DNA of 64,000 nucleotides. It comes from Nannocystales bacterium (GTDB lineage Bacteria > Myxococcota_A > Polyangia > Nannocystales > Nannocystaceae). The notes under the pieces were generated by a model, which saw only the letters and a program-made list of their open reading frames with translations, had not been told where the DNA came from and searched no databases. The position numbers were made by a program, and so were the translations under genes. Numbering within the stretch: position 1 is the first letter of the stretch; every line of letters starts with the position of its first letter. Below, in pieces: positions 1 through 8,675 of the stretch. The stretch covers positions 832,001 to 896,000 of the forward strand of contig JBOEGF010000018.1 of the NCBI GenBank assembly GCA_050633305.1, written 5' to 3'.

Positions 1-457
1 TGCTCTCGTCCGCCCCCGATTCGTCCGTACGGTGTTGCGTCCAGCTCACCCACGCCTCGAGCCCCAGCGTCGCGAGGGTCGCCCGTGAACCGAAACCACG
101 TGCCGGGGAACCGAGGGAGTGCACGGCCCATCCGTCGGCGGTTTGCTCGGCGAGTCTCGACAACGATTGCGCTGGGTCGGGATGTCGACGCCTCCAGCTG
201 ACCAATGCGCGACCCAGTCCGTCGACCGAGACCTCGAGGTCGTCGGCACCCGGCTCGGCGAGTCTGTGGCGTTGCTCCGGCGGCCACGCTCGGGCGACGC
301 AGGTTTCGTCTGGCCCTGGCTCGAGAAAACCGACGCAGCCTCGAACCGCCTGCGACTCGGCACAGTCGTCGTCCTCGCAGGTCTCCGGGGAGGAGCAGCC
401 GGCGATGCTGAGGAGCAGGGGAACCCACACGCTGTTCGAGAGTTGCGTCCAGCACAT
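1..457 (-). CDS. putative lipoprotein, partial (runs off window start)
   Basis: Not in the ORF track because there is no stop in the window. Read manually from ATG at 457: MCWTQLSNSVWVPLLLSIAGCSSPETCEDDDC..., open to base 1. Lipobox SIAGC; starts 5 nt after the stop of the upstream di-heme gene. Confidence 0.7.
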   Translation of the reverse strand, partial: MCWTQLSNSVWVPLLLSIAGCSSPETCEDDDCAESQAVRGCVGFLEPGPDETCVARAWPPEQRHRLAEPGADDLEVSVDGLGRALVSWRRRHPDPAQSLSRLAEQTADGWAVHSLGSPARGFGSRATLATLGLEAWVSWTQHRTDESGADES

Positions 458-461
458 GGGA

Positions 462-1940
462 CTACGGGGAAACGAGTCGTTCGCCGCGGGTGAGGGAGGT
501 GAGGAACACACGCAGGGGTGCTCGGTCCTCCTCGGAGAGGCTCGCGAAGGCGTCTCGGGACGCCTGGGCTTCTCCGCCGTGCAGAAGGATGGCGTCCTCC
601 AGGGTCGGGGCGCGCCCGTCATGCAGGTACGGGCGGCTGCGAGCGACCCCCCACAAGGGCGTGGTGAGGAACACGTCGGCCGGGATGCCTGCGTCCTCGC
701 GCACCTCGGCGAGGGCCTCACCCATCGCATGCCGTTTCAGGTCGCTGTACAGAGGAACGCGGAGTTCTCCCGTGAGGGCGTCGGGCTGAAGGCGGGGCTC
801 GGCTCCAGCCGAGAGCAGATCGACCGAGAGGTCGGGACCGTCGGTGCGACTGGGTAGGCTGTACGTGGAGTCCTCGATTTCGATCGACGGTACATGGCAG
901 CCTGCGCAGCCCAGGGACCCGAAGTCTTGTCTGCCTCGGGCGTAGAGCAGCAAGAGGTCGGACTCGTTGGGGGGCAGATCCACGGGCACGTCCTGCATGG
1001 CGGAGAACATTGTCATCAGGGCGACCTGTGCGTCGCTGAGTTCGTCCACGACGCCGTCTTCGTCGGGGTCGTGGCTTGGCCCATCGCCGACGCGGTCGGG
1101 GTGCGCGTTCGCGGCGAACCATGTGGACTGCATGCCGTGGTGAACATTGGAGGCATCCTCGACGACGTCTCGCAGGTCGACGAAGGCGCCTTTCCAGCCG
1201 AAGGGGCGGACAACCAGATCGGGGTCGATCCCTTCGAGCTCAGCGTCGTCGACCGTTCCGTCTTCCGCGATGCTGAGGAAGCCGAAACTGACACCTCGGA
1301 CCTCGAGGTGAAGCCGGACGTGTTCTCCGCGCGCACGGGCGAACGCCACCGCATCGTCCCGACGAAGCTGCAGTTCCGCGGTGATCTCCTCCGCGAGCCG
1401 TTGCTTCCATCCAGCGCCAAACAGGGGCGGAGGGTTGCGGACCAATGCGGTGGACTCCGTTTCTCCGTCGCCGCGGAAGAACGCGTTGTCGGCGGCATCC
1501 CCGGCGCCTGCGAGGCCTCCGCGCCAGTGACATGCGGAGCAACGACGGGCGTCGGGGCCACCGCGCTCTCCGACGTGGAACCGGCTCATCGAGGGAAGGT
1601 CGGAGCCGCCAAACCCCTGCGCCTCGGTGAAGTTCATCGTGAAGAGCTGCCCGCCCATCGAAAACCAGTCTTCAGCGGAGAAGCGGTTGTCGAGTTCTTC
1701 GTAGGTGGGGCGAACGCTCCGAAACGCGAAGCCTGGGTCTGCGGCGTCGAGGAACCGCAGCTCGCGGCGCCAGGCGTCTTGTCGCAAGGCTTGCAGCCCC
1801 TGCGCGGACGAACCGTCCGGGTGGGACGGGGAGAACACGGGAAAGCAACGGGCCTCGCTGCTCGGCGGGGATTCGTCCGAGGAGTCGCCGGCGTTACACC
1901 CGAGCAAGAGCGCCGCAAGAAACAACAAGCGGTGCTTCAT
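462..1940 (-). CDS. di-heme oxidoreductase (DHOR)-family lipoprotein, putative peroxidase
   Basis: Start re-called at MKHRLLFLAALLLGC (ATGA overlap with upstream stop). Two CxxCH motifs (CSACH 1527-1541, CAGCH 894-908), PFGWKG, SDLKRHAMG, TPLWG..PYLHDGRAPTLEDAILLHGGEA. Confidence 0.85.
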   Translation of the reverse strand: MKHRLLFLAALLLGCNAGDSSDESPPSSEARCFPVFSPSHPDGSSAQGLQALRQDAWRRELRFLDAADPGFAFRSVRPTYEELDNRFSAEDWFSMGGQLFTMNFTEAQGFGGSDLPSMSRFHVGERGGPDARRCSACHWRGGLAGAGDAADNAFFRGDGETESTALVRNPPPLFGAGWKQRLAEEITAELQLRRDDAVAFARARGEHVRLHLEVRGVSFGFLSIAEDGTVDDAELEGIDPDLVVRPFGWKGAFVDLRDVVEDASNVHHGMQSTWFAANAHPDRVGDGPSHDPDEDGVVDELSDAQVALMTMFSAMQDVPVDLPPNESDLLLLYARGRQDFGSLGCAGCHVPSIEIEDSTYSLPSRTDGPDLSVDLLSAGAEPRLQPDALTGELRVPLYSDLKRHAMGEALAEVREDAGIPADVFLTTPLWGVARSRPYLHDGRAPTLEDAILLHGGEAQASRDAFASLSEEDRAPLRVFLTSLTRGERLVSP

Positions 1941-3436
1941 AGTGGTGCCCTCAGTTTGGGTGTTCGGCTCAGGGAGAGCAGAAACACGTGCAGGTCGGCT
2001 TGGTCCGAGGGGGACAGCGCCGCGAAACGGCCGGCGCTGTCCTGGGCGTCCCCGCCATGGGCGACGATCGCAGCGGGAATCGTCGCCGCTCGGCCGTCGT
2101 GAAGATAGGGAGGGCTCTCTGCGAGGCCCCACAGTGGCCGCGTCAGCCAGGTCTCCGCGTCGATGTTGGGGTGATCCGTATCGGTGTGGGGGTCCGCGAG
2201 TTCCGGGCCCATGTCGTGGCGCTTGAGGTCGCTGAAGAGGTTCACCTTCGGCGTCCCTTTGGGCTCTTCGCCGTCGTGGAACAGGGCGATGACGAACGGA
2301 TCGGCACCCGTGGTGTCGGGCTCCTCGTTCCACAGGGTGCTCACGAGACCCAAGGACCGGGTGTGGCAGTCCGCGCATCCGATGTCGTCGAAGAGCGCGT
2401 CGCCGTGTGCCCAGCGGTCGCGCAGTGCGGCGCTGGATGGCGGAACGATGGTGGGGACCTCCAGCGTCGCGAGGTAGACCGCGGTCGCGGTGAGGGAGCC
2501 TTCCTCCAGCTCCCACTGCACCCCGTCGGTGTCGGGGTCCCACCAGTCGGGGCCGTCGCCGAGCAGCTCGGGCATGGGTCCGTCGCGATGGAGGGTGGTC
2601 TGCGGCCCACTTTGAATTCCGAAGTGAACCCGTGCCGCGTCCTCGATGGCCCGGCGCAGGTCGGGAAACTGGCCTTTCCATCCGAAGGGCTTGACGACGA
2701 GGTCGGCGTCGATGCCGTCGAGCTCGGATGCGTCCACCGAGCCGTTCGCTCGGGCCGTCAACACACCGAAGTCGATGCCCTTGGACTCCAAACGGACCGC
2801 GACCGCTGTCCCGGTCGATGCCGCCTGCTCCAGCGCGGCGTCTCGGGCCCGCTGAAGCTCGAGGCTCATCTCGCGGGCGAGAGCCTGAACCATGCCCAAA
2901 CCGAGCACCGGTGGGCTGTTGCGGATCACGGTGGAGCTCTGGTGCGACCCGTCCCCGAACAAGTACGCGTTCTGGGTCGCCGCTCCCGCTCCGTTGGGAC
3001 CCCCGACCGAGTGACAGCCGGCACAGGAGAAGGTGTCGAGGGCTCCACGGGAGCGATCGTGGATCCGTCGTCCAGGGAGGACTGCCTGCACGTCTCCGTA
3101 GCCGTCTGCTGCGCGGAACTCGTGACCGAACACCGCGTCGCCCAAGGCGAACAGCTCGTCCACGTCGTAACGGCCCGCGTCGATGTCCTCCTGAAACGCA
3201 GTGCTGTGACCCGAGTCTTCGCCTTTCTCCTTGGCCTCTCGGAATTCCTCGAAGCGTTCGAGCGCGAGCAGACCCAGTGCGTCGTCGACGAGGGCCGCGA
3301 GTTGGGAGTCGGCCGGAGATGCACCGGCAGGCCAGGGCGTGGGCAGGCCGTCTTCTGCCGCAGTCGCGAGCAGAGGCAACGCCGCAAGTGCGGCGCCACC
3401 GAGCAACACCCTCAGCCTTCGCAGACGTTGCAGCAC
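1937..3436 (-). CDS. di-heme oxidoreductase (DHOR)-family exported protein, putative peroxidase
   Basis: Signal peptide; CAGCH (3011-3025) and CADCH (2363-2377); PFGWKG, SDLKRHDMG, RPLWG..PYLHDGRA..IVAHGGDA. Clear paralogue of 462..1940. Confidence 0.85.
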   Translation of the reverse strand: MLQRLRRLRVLLGGAALAALPLLATAAEDGLPTPWPAGASPADSQLAALVDDALGLLALERFEEFREAKEKGEDSGHSTAFQEDIDAGRYDVDELFALGDAVFGHEFRAADGYGDVQAVLPGRRIHDRSRGALDTFSCAGCHSVGGPNGAGAATQNAYLFGDGSHQSSTVIRNSPPVLGLGMVQALAREMSLELQRARDAALEQAASTGTAVAVRLESKGIDFGVLTARANGSVDASELDGIDADLVVKPFGWKGQFPDLRRAIEDAARVHFGIQSGPQTTLHRDGPMPELLGDGPDWWDPDTDGVQWELEEGSLTATAVYLATLEVPTIVPPSSAALRDRWAHGDALFDDIGCADCHTRSLGLVSTLWNEEPDTTGADPFVIALFHDGEEPKGTPKVNLFSDLKRHDMGPELADPHTDTDHPNIDAETWLTRPLWGLAESPPYLHDGRAATIPAAIVAHGGDAQDSAGRFAALSPSDQADLHVFLLSLSRTPKLRAPL

Positions 3437-4335
3437 GGGATCGACCGGGTCAGGCCGCCGCAGTCCAGGCCCGAGGCATCGCCGCCGCCGTTGGGCAACG
3501 GGTCGGCGTCGAGGGTGAACGTGAGTGCGCCTGCGGCCACGGTGGCGTACTCGCCATCGTTGACGTCGTTGGTGCCGTAGCGCCAGTCGTCGCAGCGCGA
3601 ACGGGTATCGGGTTGGATGAGCACTGCGTTGTACATGGTGGCAACAACGCGATGGACCCAGTAGGTCGTTCCGGGAGGAACGGCTGCGAAGTCACCTTGA
3701 GCAGAAGCCTCCTCCATCTGGGTGTACGTGCAGACGCCCTCATAGCCGGCGGCCATACAGGCCTGCGTACCGGACGTGAAGCCCGCTCCGAACCCGGGGT
3801 GCTCCCAGATCGGGGGGGAGGCTGGCACCATGCCGACGTAGATCGGCACGCCCGCGCAGACGTCAACCCCGCCTGTGGTCCCGTCGGAGTCGGTGTCGCC
3901 GTCGGTATCGGAGTCCGTGTCGGAGGCGCTCGTCGACTGGCAGTCCTGTGGGCACGGCTCGACCTTGGCGTCCGGGCCGATGTCGCACTCGCCGGGATCT
4001 TCGAACCCGTTGCCGCACAAGTCCGGACCACCGCCACTGGAACCCTGGCTGGCGCTATCGGTCGCGGCGGTATCGCCCGTCGATCCCTCTGCCCCGCCCG
4101 TCGCGGACGTATCACCGCACTGGCACAGGCCGTAGGTCCCGTCTGGAAGGCACGTTTGGGTGCCACTCGGCGAGGTCGCTTGGTCACCCGCGCACGGGCA
4201 GAAGTCCACCTGGCCGGGCACGCAGGACCCGCCATCGGAGCCGGTGTCGCTGTTGCAACCCGCGCTGATCCCCAGCGCTAGCCCTGCGATTGCCAGAGTG
4301 CTCTTGAAGCCGTTTTGAAGTGTCGGAAAACCCAT
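3412..4335 (-). CDS. Cys-rich lipoprotein with S/T/G/D-rich linkers and a C-terminal Cys/Trp-containing domain (possibly C-type-lectin-like)
   Basis: Lipobox SAGC; many Cys; C-terminal C..VC..YW..RCDDW..C...R.IPCC pattern; GGGGGA SD upstream; overlaps the next gene. Confidence 0.75.
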   Translation of the reverse strand: MGFPTLQNGFKSTLAIAGLALGISAGCNSDTGSDGGSCVPGQVDFCPCAGDQATSPSGTQTCLPDGTYGLCQCGDTSATGGAEGSTGDTAATDSASQGSSGGGPDLCGNGFEDPGECDIGPDAKVEPCPQDCQSTSASDTDSDTDGDTDSDGTTGGVDVCAGVPIYVGMVPASPPIWEHPGFGAGFTSGTQACMAAGYEGVCTYTQMEEASAQGDFAAVPPGTTYWVHRVVATMYNAVLIQPDTRSRCDDWRYGTNDVNDGEYATVAAGALTFTLDADPLPNGGGDASGLDCGGLTRSIPCCNVCEG

Positions 4336-4347
4336 GTCATTCCCCCG

Positions 4348-4361
4348 CGCGACGCGTCGCG
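4348..4361. promoter_or_regulatory. perfect 14-bp palindrome upstream of the di-heme operon (candidate operator)
   Basis: CGCGACGCGTCGCG, just upstream of the SD of the gene starting at 4335. Could be chance in GC-rich DNA. Confidence 0.25.
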
Positions 4362-4514
4362 TAGAGCCCCATCGTTCCAGGGCTCGAGCTGTGAAGCAAC
4401 CGTGATCGCGCTTGCGGTTCCGTCTCTACGACACCGACGGACATGTGGATTTCCGGCCGGCCTTGCGAAAAAGGTCGAGCGAAGAAAGCGCCGGGCGGTC
4501 GTTTGACCCGTTCC

Positions 4515-5306
4515 TCAGTCGAGCGTTGGAAGGTCGTCGGGGCGCTCTTCGAGCCAGGCGGCACCGTCGGGCGCTTCGGCCTCAATCCACGCTTGGAGGA
4601 TCGCGTACTCATCCTCGTGCAGCGAGCCGTACTCGCCCTCTCCGCAGAAGTACACGGGAGGCATGTTCTGCTCGTCGAGGGCGCGAATCCCAACTTCAAC
4701 GTACATCTGCGCGCCTTCGAAATTCGAGTGCATCTGCTCTTGCGTGAAAAAGCGCGCGTTTCCGTAGTACAGGGGCGCGTCCGGCACGAAGGCGTCGAGG
4801 TCCGCGACGTGGCAGCTGCAGACGCGCTCGATCAGCGTGCCGATCTCGGTGGGGATCAGCGTCGCCTCGTCGCCGGCCTCGACCCAGGACTCGGCACCCG
4901 GCGCCAACTCGTGGAGCGCGCACTCATCGATCGGCTCACCGGTGGTGTCGTCGTTGGTGTCGCTCGTGGGGGAGCCTCCGATGCACGAGGCGTTGTACCC
5001 GGCAACGCAATCCGCATCGCACATCTCCACGATGGAGACCGTCTGCGTCCAGCATGTCCCGCCGGGACCGTACTGGGAGGAGAGCTGCTCCTGCGTCTGT
5101 CCGTCGAGGCACTCGAGCCAGCTCTGGCACGCGAGGGTCTGATCGAAGCTGTTCCCGGTCGTTGTGGAGGGTCCGCCGCCGGTGGTGATGCTGGCAGTCG
5201 TCGCCGGGGACCCCGTGTCCGTGTCCGTATCGGTGTCGTCTGCGGCCGAGCTCGGATCACAGCCGAGCACGAACAACGTCACCGTGGCCCAGCCGATCTT
5301 CCGCAT
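4515..5306 (-). CDS. lipoprotein with a cytochrome c-like C-terminal domain (CXCH motif)
   Basis: Start MRKIGWATVTLFVLGC; T/D-rich linker; CSCH (4809-4820), later NMPP and ILQAWIEAEAP, the layout of class I / planctomycete-type cytochrome c domains. Confidence 0.65.
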   Translation of the reverse strand: MRKIGWATVTLFVLGCDPSSAADDTDTDTDTGSPATTASITTGGGPSTTTGNSFDQTLACQSWLECLDGQTQEQLSSQYGPGGTCWTQTVSIVEMCDADCVAGYNASCIGGSPTSDTNDDTTGEPIDECALHELAPGAESWVEAGDEATLIPTEIGTLIERVCSCHVADLDAFVPDAPLYYGNARFFTQEQMHSNFEGAQMYVEVGIRALDEQNMPPVYFCGEGEYGSLHEDEYAILQAWIEAEAPDGAAWLEERPDDLPTLD

Positions 5307-5314
5307 CCTGCTCG

Positions 5315-5320
5315 AGGGTA
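5315..5320 (-). promoter_or_regulatory. putative -10 hexamer TACCCT (leaderless-type)
   Basis: 8 nt upstream of ATG 5306. Confidence 0.45.
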
Positions 5321-5322
5321 CT

Positions 5323-6180
5323 TCAGTTGGACTCGGCGTTGTGCTTGGAAATCTGCGGTGACGCGAAGGCAAGGCGCTCCGTCATGACGGCGATCGCTTC
5401 GGGGTTTTCATCCACGAGCAAGAAGCGCCGGTCATTGCGCGCGGCGGCTTCTCCGGTGGTCCCACTGCCCGCGAAGAAATCGAGCACGAGGTCGCCGGGG
5501 CTGCTGTGGACGCGGACGATGCGTTCGAGGATCTTCAACGGCTTCTGCGTGGGATACCCGGTCCGCTCCTTGCCGGCCGTGGGTACGATCGTTTGCCACC
5601 AGACATCGGTGGGGGTCTTCCCGCGGGCGGCCTTCTCGGCGGAGACGAGCCCGGGTGCCATGTACGGGATCCGATCGATGGCGTCGTAGTGGAAGGTGTA
5701 GCGTTTGGGATCTTTGGCGTACCAGAGGATCGTGTCGTGTTTGGACGGCCAGCGGCGCTTGCTTCGACCGCCGTAGTCGTACGACCAGATGATCTCGTTG
5801 AGGAATGAGTCCCGACCGAAGACGATATCGGCCATCACCTTTGCGTAGTGAGCCTCGTGGGGGTCGAGGTGCAGGAAGAAGGAGCCCTCGGGGGTGAGCA
5901 ACCGGTGGGCCTGCTCCAGACGTGGCATGAGGAAAGCGCCGAAGTCTTCGAATGTGTCGGCGTAGCCCGCGGAACCCAGAGAGGTCGTCTTGTAGCTCTG
6001 TCCGCCGAATCCTACGCGGTCGCCTTTTCCCGGGGCCGCGCGCTCCACCTTCACTCGGGTGTGTTTGCGAGCTCGCCCCGTGTTGAAGGGCGGGTCGATA
6101 TAGACGAGCGCCGCGGAGTCATCGGGAAGCGAGGGCAGCACATCGAGGTTGTTGCCCTCGATGATCCGGTTGCGGGCCAT
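5323..6180 (-). CDS. site-specific DNA methyltransferase (N6-adenine/N4-cytosine, beta-class order), orphan
   Basis: YIDPPF motif IV precedes YPTQKP and LDFFAGSGTT motif I; EIIW, DVWW. No adjacent endonuclease. Confidence 0.9.
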   Translation of the reverse strand: MARNRIIEGNNLDVLPSLPDDSAALVYIDPPFNTGRARKHTRVKVERAAPGKGDRVGFGGQSYKTTSLGSAGYADTFEDFGAFLMPRLEQAHRLLTPEGSFFLHLDPHEAHYAKVMADIVFGRDSFLNEIIWSYDYGGRSKRRWPSKHDTILWYAKDPKRYTFHYDAIDRIPYMAPGLVSAEKAARGKTPTDVWWQTIVPTAGKERTGYPTQKPLKILERIVRVHSSPGDLVLDFFAGSGTTGEAAARNDRRFLLVDENPEAIAVMTERLAFASPQISKHNAESN

Positions 6181-7742
6181 CAGTGCCCCTCACCGTCGTG
6201 GGGAACGGTGAGGAACTGAGCGCTCACAAAGGCGAGCGACATGACGGCGTACCCCGTCGCCCAGGGCCACGCTGGCGCGAGGTTGATGACGGTGTCCGCG
6301 GGCGTGAACGCATAGCCGTGCATCAAGCCGGCGACGGAGAGGACCGATGCGGCGGCGCACCATGCTGCCGCCGTGACGAACTTGCGCTCGATCACCGCCA
6401 CCGTCGCGGCCGCGAGGATCATGGAGGTGAAGATGAACCCTTGTTCGAGCGCGAACGCACCATGAATCCAGGTGTCGCTGGCCGCGAAGTTGGCGATCAG
6501 CCCCTCGTTGAACGGAGGACCCCCCGGGGTTCCGACCCCCGCGGCACGCAGTCCGTTCTTGGCCATCACCGCGCCCCAGGCTCCAACCCCCGGCAGCAGG
6601 CCCATCACGACCGCGGGCGCGTGGTTCCGCGGTGTGGCTTGGAACGCCTGGGCCGTGATCACCATTCCGATCCACAGAATGACGGCCATCCCGGCATCGA
6701 TGGGAATGGCGTAGGCGAGCCAGCCGAGCGTTCCCGTGAGACAAACGATCGTGACGAACACGGCGTTGGCGACCGAGTATCCCGCGCGGGCGCCCATCGC
6801 TTTCCAACCCGGGTGTCCGATGTAGATGGTCGTGGGGAAGCAACTGCCAAACAAGCCGGCCACGAGCGTGCCGCCGCCGTTGACGGCCAGGGATGGCGCA
6901 GCCGGAAAATCATCGCCGGTCGCAGACGCCGACTCGATGTTCTGGAGCGACCCCACGAGGTTGAACAACCCCATCGGCAGGATGATGGAGAAGTACGTCG
7001 TCAAGTGGCCGGCACCGAACGCGTCGATGAGGTCGCCGATCACGGGAATCGGCAGATGAAAGCTCGCGGCGTCGGGTGCATCGCCGACCGGGGCCATTCC
7101 GGTGCTCCAGGCGATGATGATGCCGAGTCCCACCGCGACGAGTCCACCGGGGATGTTGCCCTTGAACCGAACCCGCCCGAAGTACGTGAGCATGACGATG
7201 CCCAACGTTGCGAGCCCGATGAGTGGATTGGCGAAGGTGCGGAATAAGAAACCCAGGGAGATGAACCCCAGGGCGATACCCGAGAGGGTGGCGAGCAGGG
7301 CGGCGCGGGGCGTGGCCTTGCGCAGGCGTTCGGCGACAAACGCACCGCCGAGTTCGATCGCTCCACTGCCGAGCGTCGCGACGAGACCCGCCTGCCAGGC
7401 GATGCGAGCGGGGTCCTCGGCACCGGCCGCGGTCGCCGCCAGCTTGGCGGGCAGCATCACCAAGAACACGTGGGCGAAGAGCGAGACCGTGTTGATGCCG
7501 TAGGGGAGCGCGCACACGTCGTCGCGGCCGGTCGAGTCCCCGAGTTTCTTCGCCTGGTAGGCGTAGAAAAGGTTTCCGACGATGAGAGACATCGCGACGC
7601 CGGGGAGGACGCGCCCATGAAGTAGGGCGTCGTCGAACCCGAGAACCGTGCGGCACAGGGCGTCGATCAGCAGCAGCTGCACCAGGTTGTCGAGCGCAAG
7701 GCCGAAGAACCCGTCGATGTCTCCGCGGACGAACCAGCGCAT
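6180..7742 (-). CDS. NCS2-family permease (xanthine/uracil/vitamin C-type)
   Basis: Start MRWFVRGDIDGFFGL; ALPYGINT, FPTTIYIGHPGWKAMGARAGYS; about 12+ TM helices. Confidence 0.85.
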   Translation of the reverse strand: MRWFVRGDIDGFFGLALDNLVQLLLIDALCRTVLGFDDALLHGRVLPGVAMSLIVGNLFYAYQAKKLGDSTGRDDVCALPYGINTVSLFAHVFLVMLPAKLAATAAGAEDPARIAWQAGLVATLGSGAIELGGAFVAERLRKATPRAALLATLSGIALGFISLGFLFRTFANPLIGLATLGIVMLTYFGRVRFKGNIPGGLVAVGLGIIIAWSTGMAPVGDAPDAASFHLPIPVIGDLIDAFGAGHLTTYFSIILPMGLFNLVGSLQNIESASATGDDFPAAPSLAVNGGGTLVAGLFGSCFPTTIYIGHPGWKAMGARAGYSVANAVFVTIVCLTGTLGWLAYAIPIDAGMAVILWIGMVITAQAFQATPRNHAPAVVMGLLPGVGAWGAVMAKNGLRAAGVGTPGGPPFNEGLIANFAASDTWIHGAFALEQGFIFTSMILAAATVAVIERKFVTAAAWCAAASVLSVAGLMHGYAFTPADTVINLAPAWPWATGYAVMSLAFVSAQFLTVPHDGEGH

Positions 7743-7830
7743 TGTCCCCGAGTACCAGACCTCAACCGGGCTCCGAAAGGGCTCCGTGCGCCGAATCCGG
7801 ACCGTGCGGGCAAGTTCCGCGAGCATCGGC

Positions 7831-7836
7831 TAATCT
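7831..7836 (+). promoter_or_regulatory. putative -10 hexamer TAATCT (leaderless-type)
   Basis: 8 nt upstream of GTG 7845; no SD. Confidence 0.5.
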
Positions 7837-7844
7837 CCCCGGCC

Positions 7845-8666
7845 GTGGCCGATCTATCGAACAAGGTGCTGTTCATTACCGGGGCGAGCCGAGGCATCGG
7901 CAAAGCCATTGCGCTGCGCGCCGCCTGTGACGGGGCCAAGATTGTCGTGGCTGCCAAGACGGCAGAGCCTCACCCCAAGCTTCCAGGGACGATCTACACC
8001 GCGGCGGAGGAGATCGAAGCTGCCGGAGGCACGGCCCTTCCGATCGTGACCGACATTCGCTCCGAGGAAGCAGTCGATGCCGCGATGGCCAAGGCGGTCG
8101 AGACGTTCGGTGGCATCGATATCCTCATCAACAACGCCAGCGCGATCAGCCTGACCAATACGGCGCACACGTCGATGAAACGGTACGACCTCATGCAGCA
8201 GGTCAACGCGCGCGGCACGTACCTGTGCACCGCCAAAGCCGTCCCGCACCTGCTCAAGGCCGACAACCCCCACGTGCTCACGTTGTGCCCGCCGCTGTCG
8301 GATGCGCCCAAGTGGTACCGCAGCCATACCGCCTACACGATGGCGAAGATGGGGATGAGCATGTGTGTCATCGGCCACGCTGGCGAGTTCGACGGAAAGA
8401 TCGCGGTCAATGGGCTGTGGCCGCGGACCGCCATCGCGACGGCCGCGGTGCGCAATGTGATCGGCGGGGACGCGATGATGAAGCGTTGTCGCAAACCGAC
8501 GATCATGGCCGATGCGGCCCACGCGGTTCTTCTGATGGACGCGAAGACCACCACCGGGAACTTCTTCGTCGATGATGCTGTGTTGTCGGATGTCGGAGTC
8601 ACCGACTTCGACCCCTACGCGGTTGAGCCCGGTGCGGACCTCGTGCCCGACTTCTTCTTGGACTAA
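7845..8666 (+). CDS. short-chain dehydrogenase/reductase (HSDL2 / citronellol dehydrogenase-like)
   Basis: TGASRGIG, AAKTAEPHPKLPGTIYTAA, NNAS, YTMAK, LWPRTAIATAA. Confidence 0.92.
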   Translation: MADLSNKVLFITGASRGIGKAIALRAACDGAKIVVAAKTAEPHPKLPGTIYTAAEEIEAAGGTALPIVTDIRSEEAVDAAMAKAVETFGGIDILINNASAISLTNTAHTSMKRYDLMQQVNARGTYLCTAKAVPHLLKADNPHVLTLCPPLSDAPKWYRSHTAYTMAKMGMSMCVIGHAGEFDGKIAVNGLWPRTAIATAAVRNVIGGDAMMKRCRKPTIMADAAHAVLLMDAKTTTGNFFVDDAVLSDVGVTDFDPYAVEPGADLVPDFFLD

Positions 8667-8675
8667 GGCGAGACG

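Noticed and set aside
1941..2681. N-terminal extension of the 739-aa ORF 462..2681
   Set aside because: Arg/Pro-rich out-of-frame read over the upstream di-heme gene. The real start is the lipoprotein signal at 1940.
5323..6180. Restriction-modification or defence island
   Set aside because: No nuclease, specificity subunit or mobile gene nearby; the flanks are a permease and a lipoprotein.
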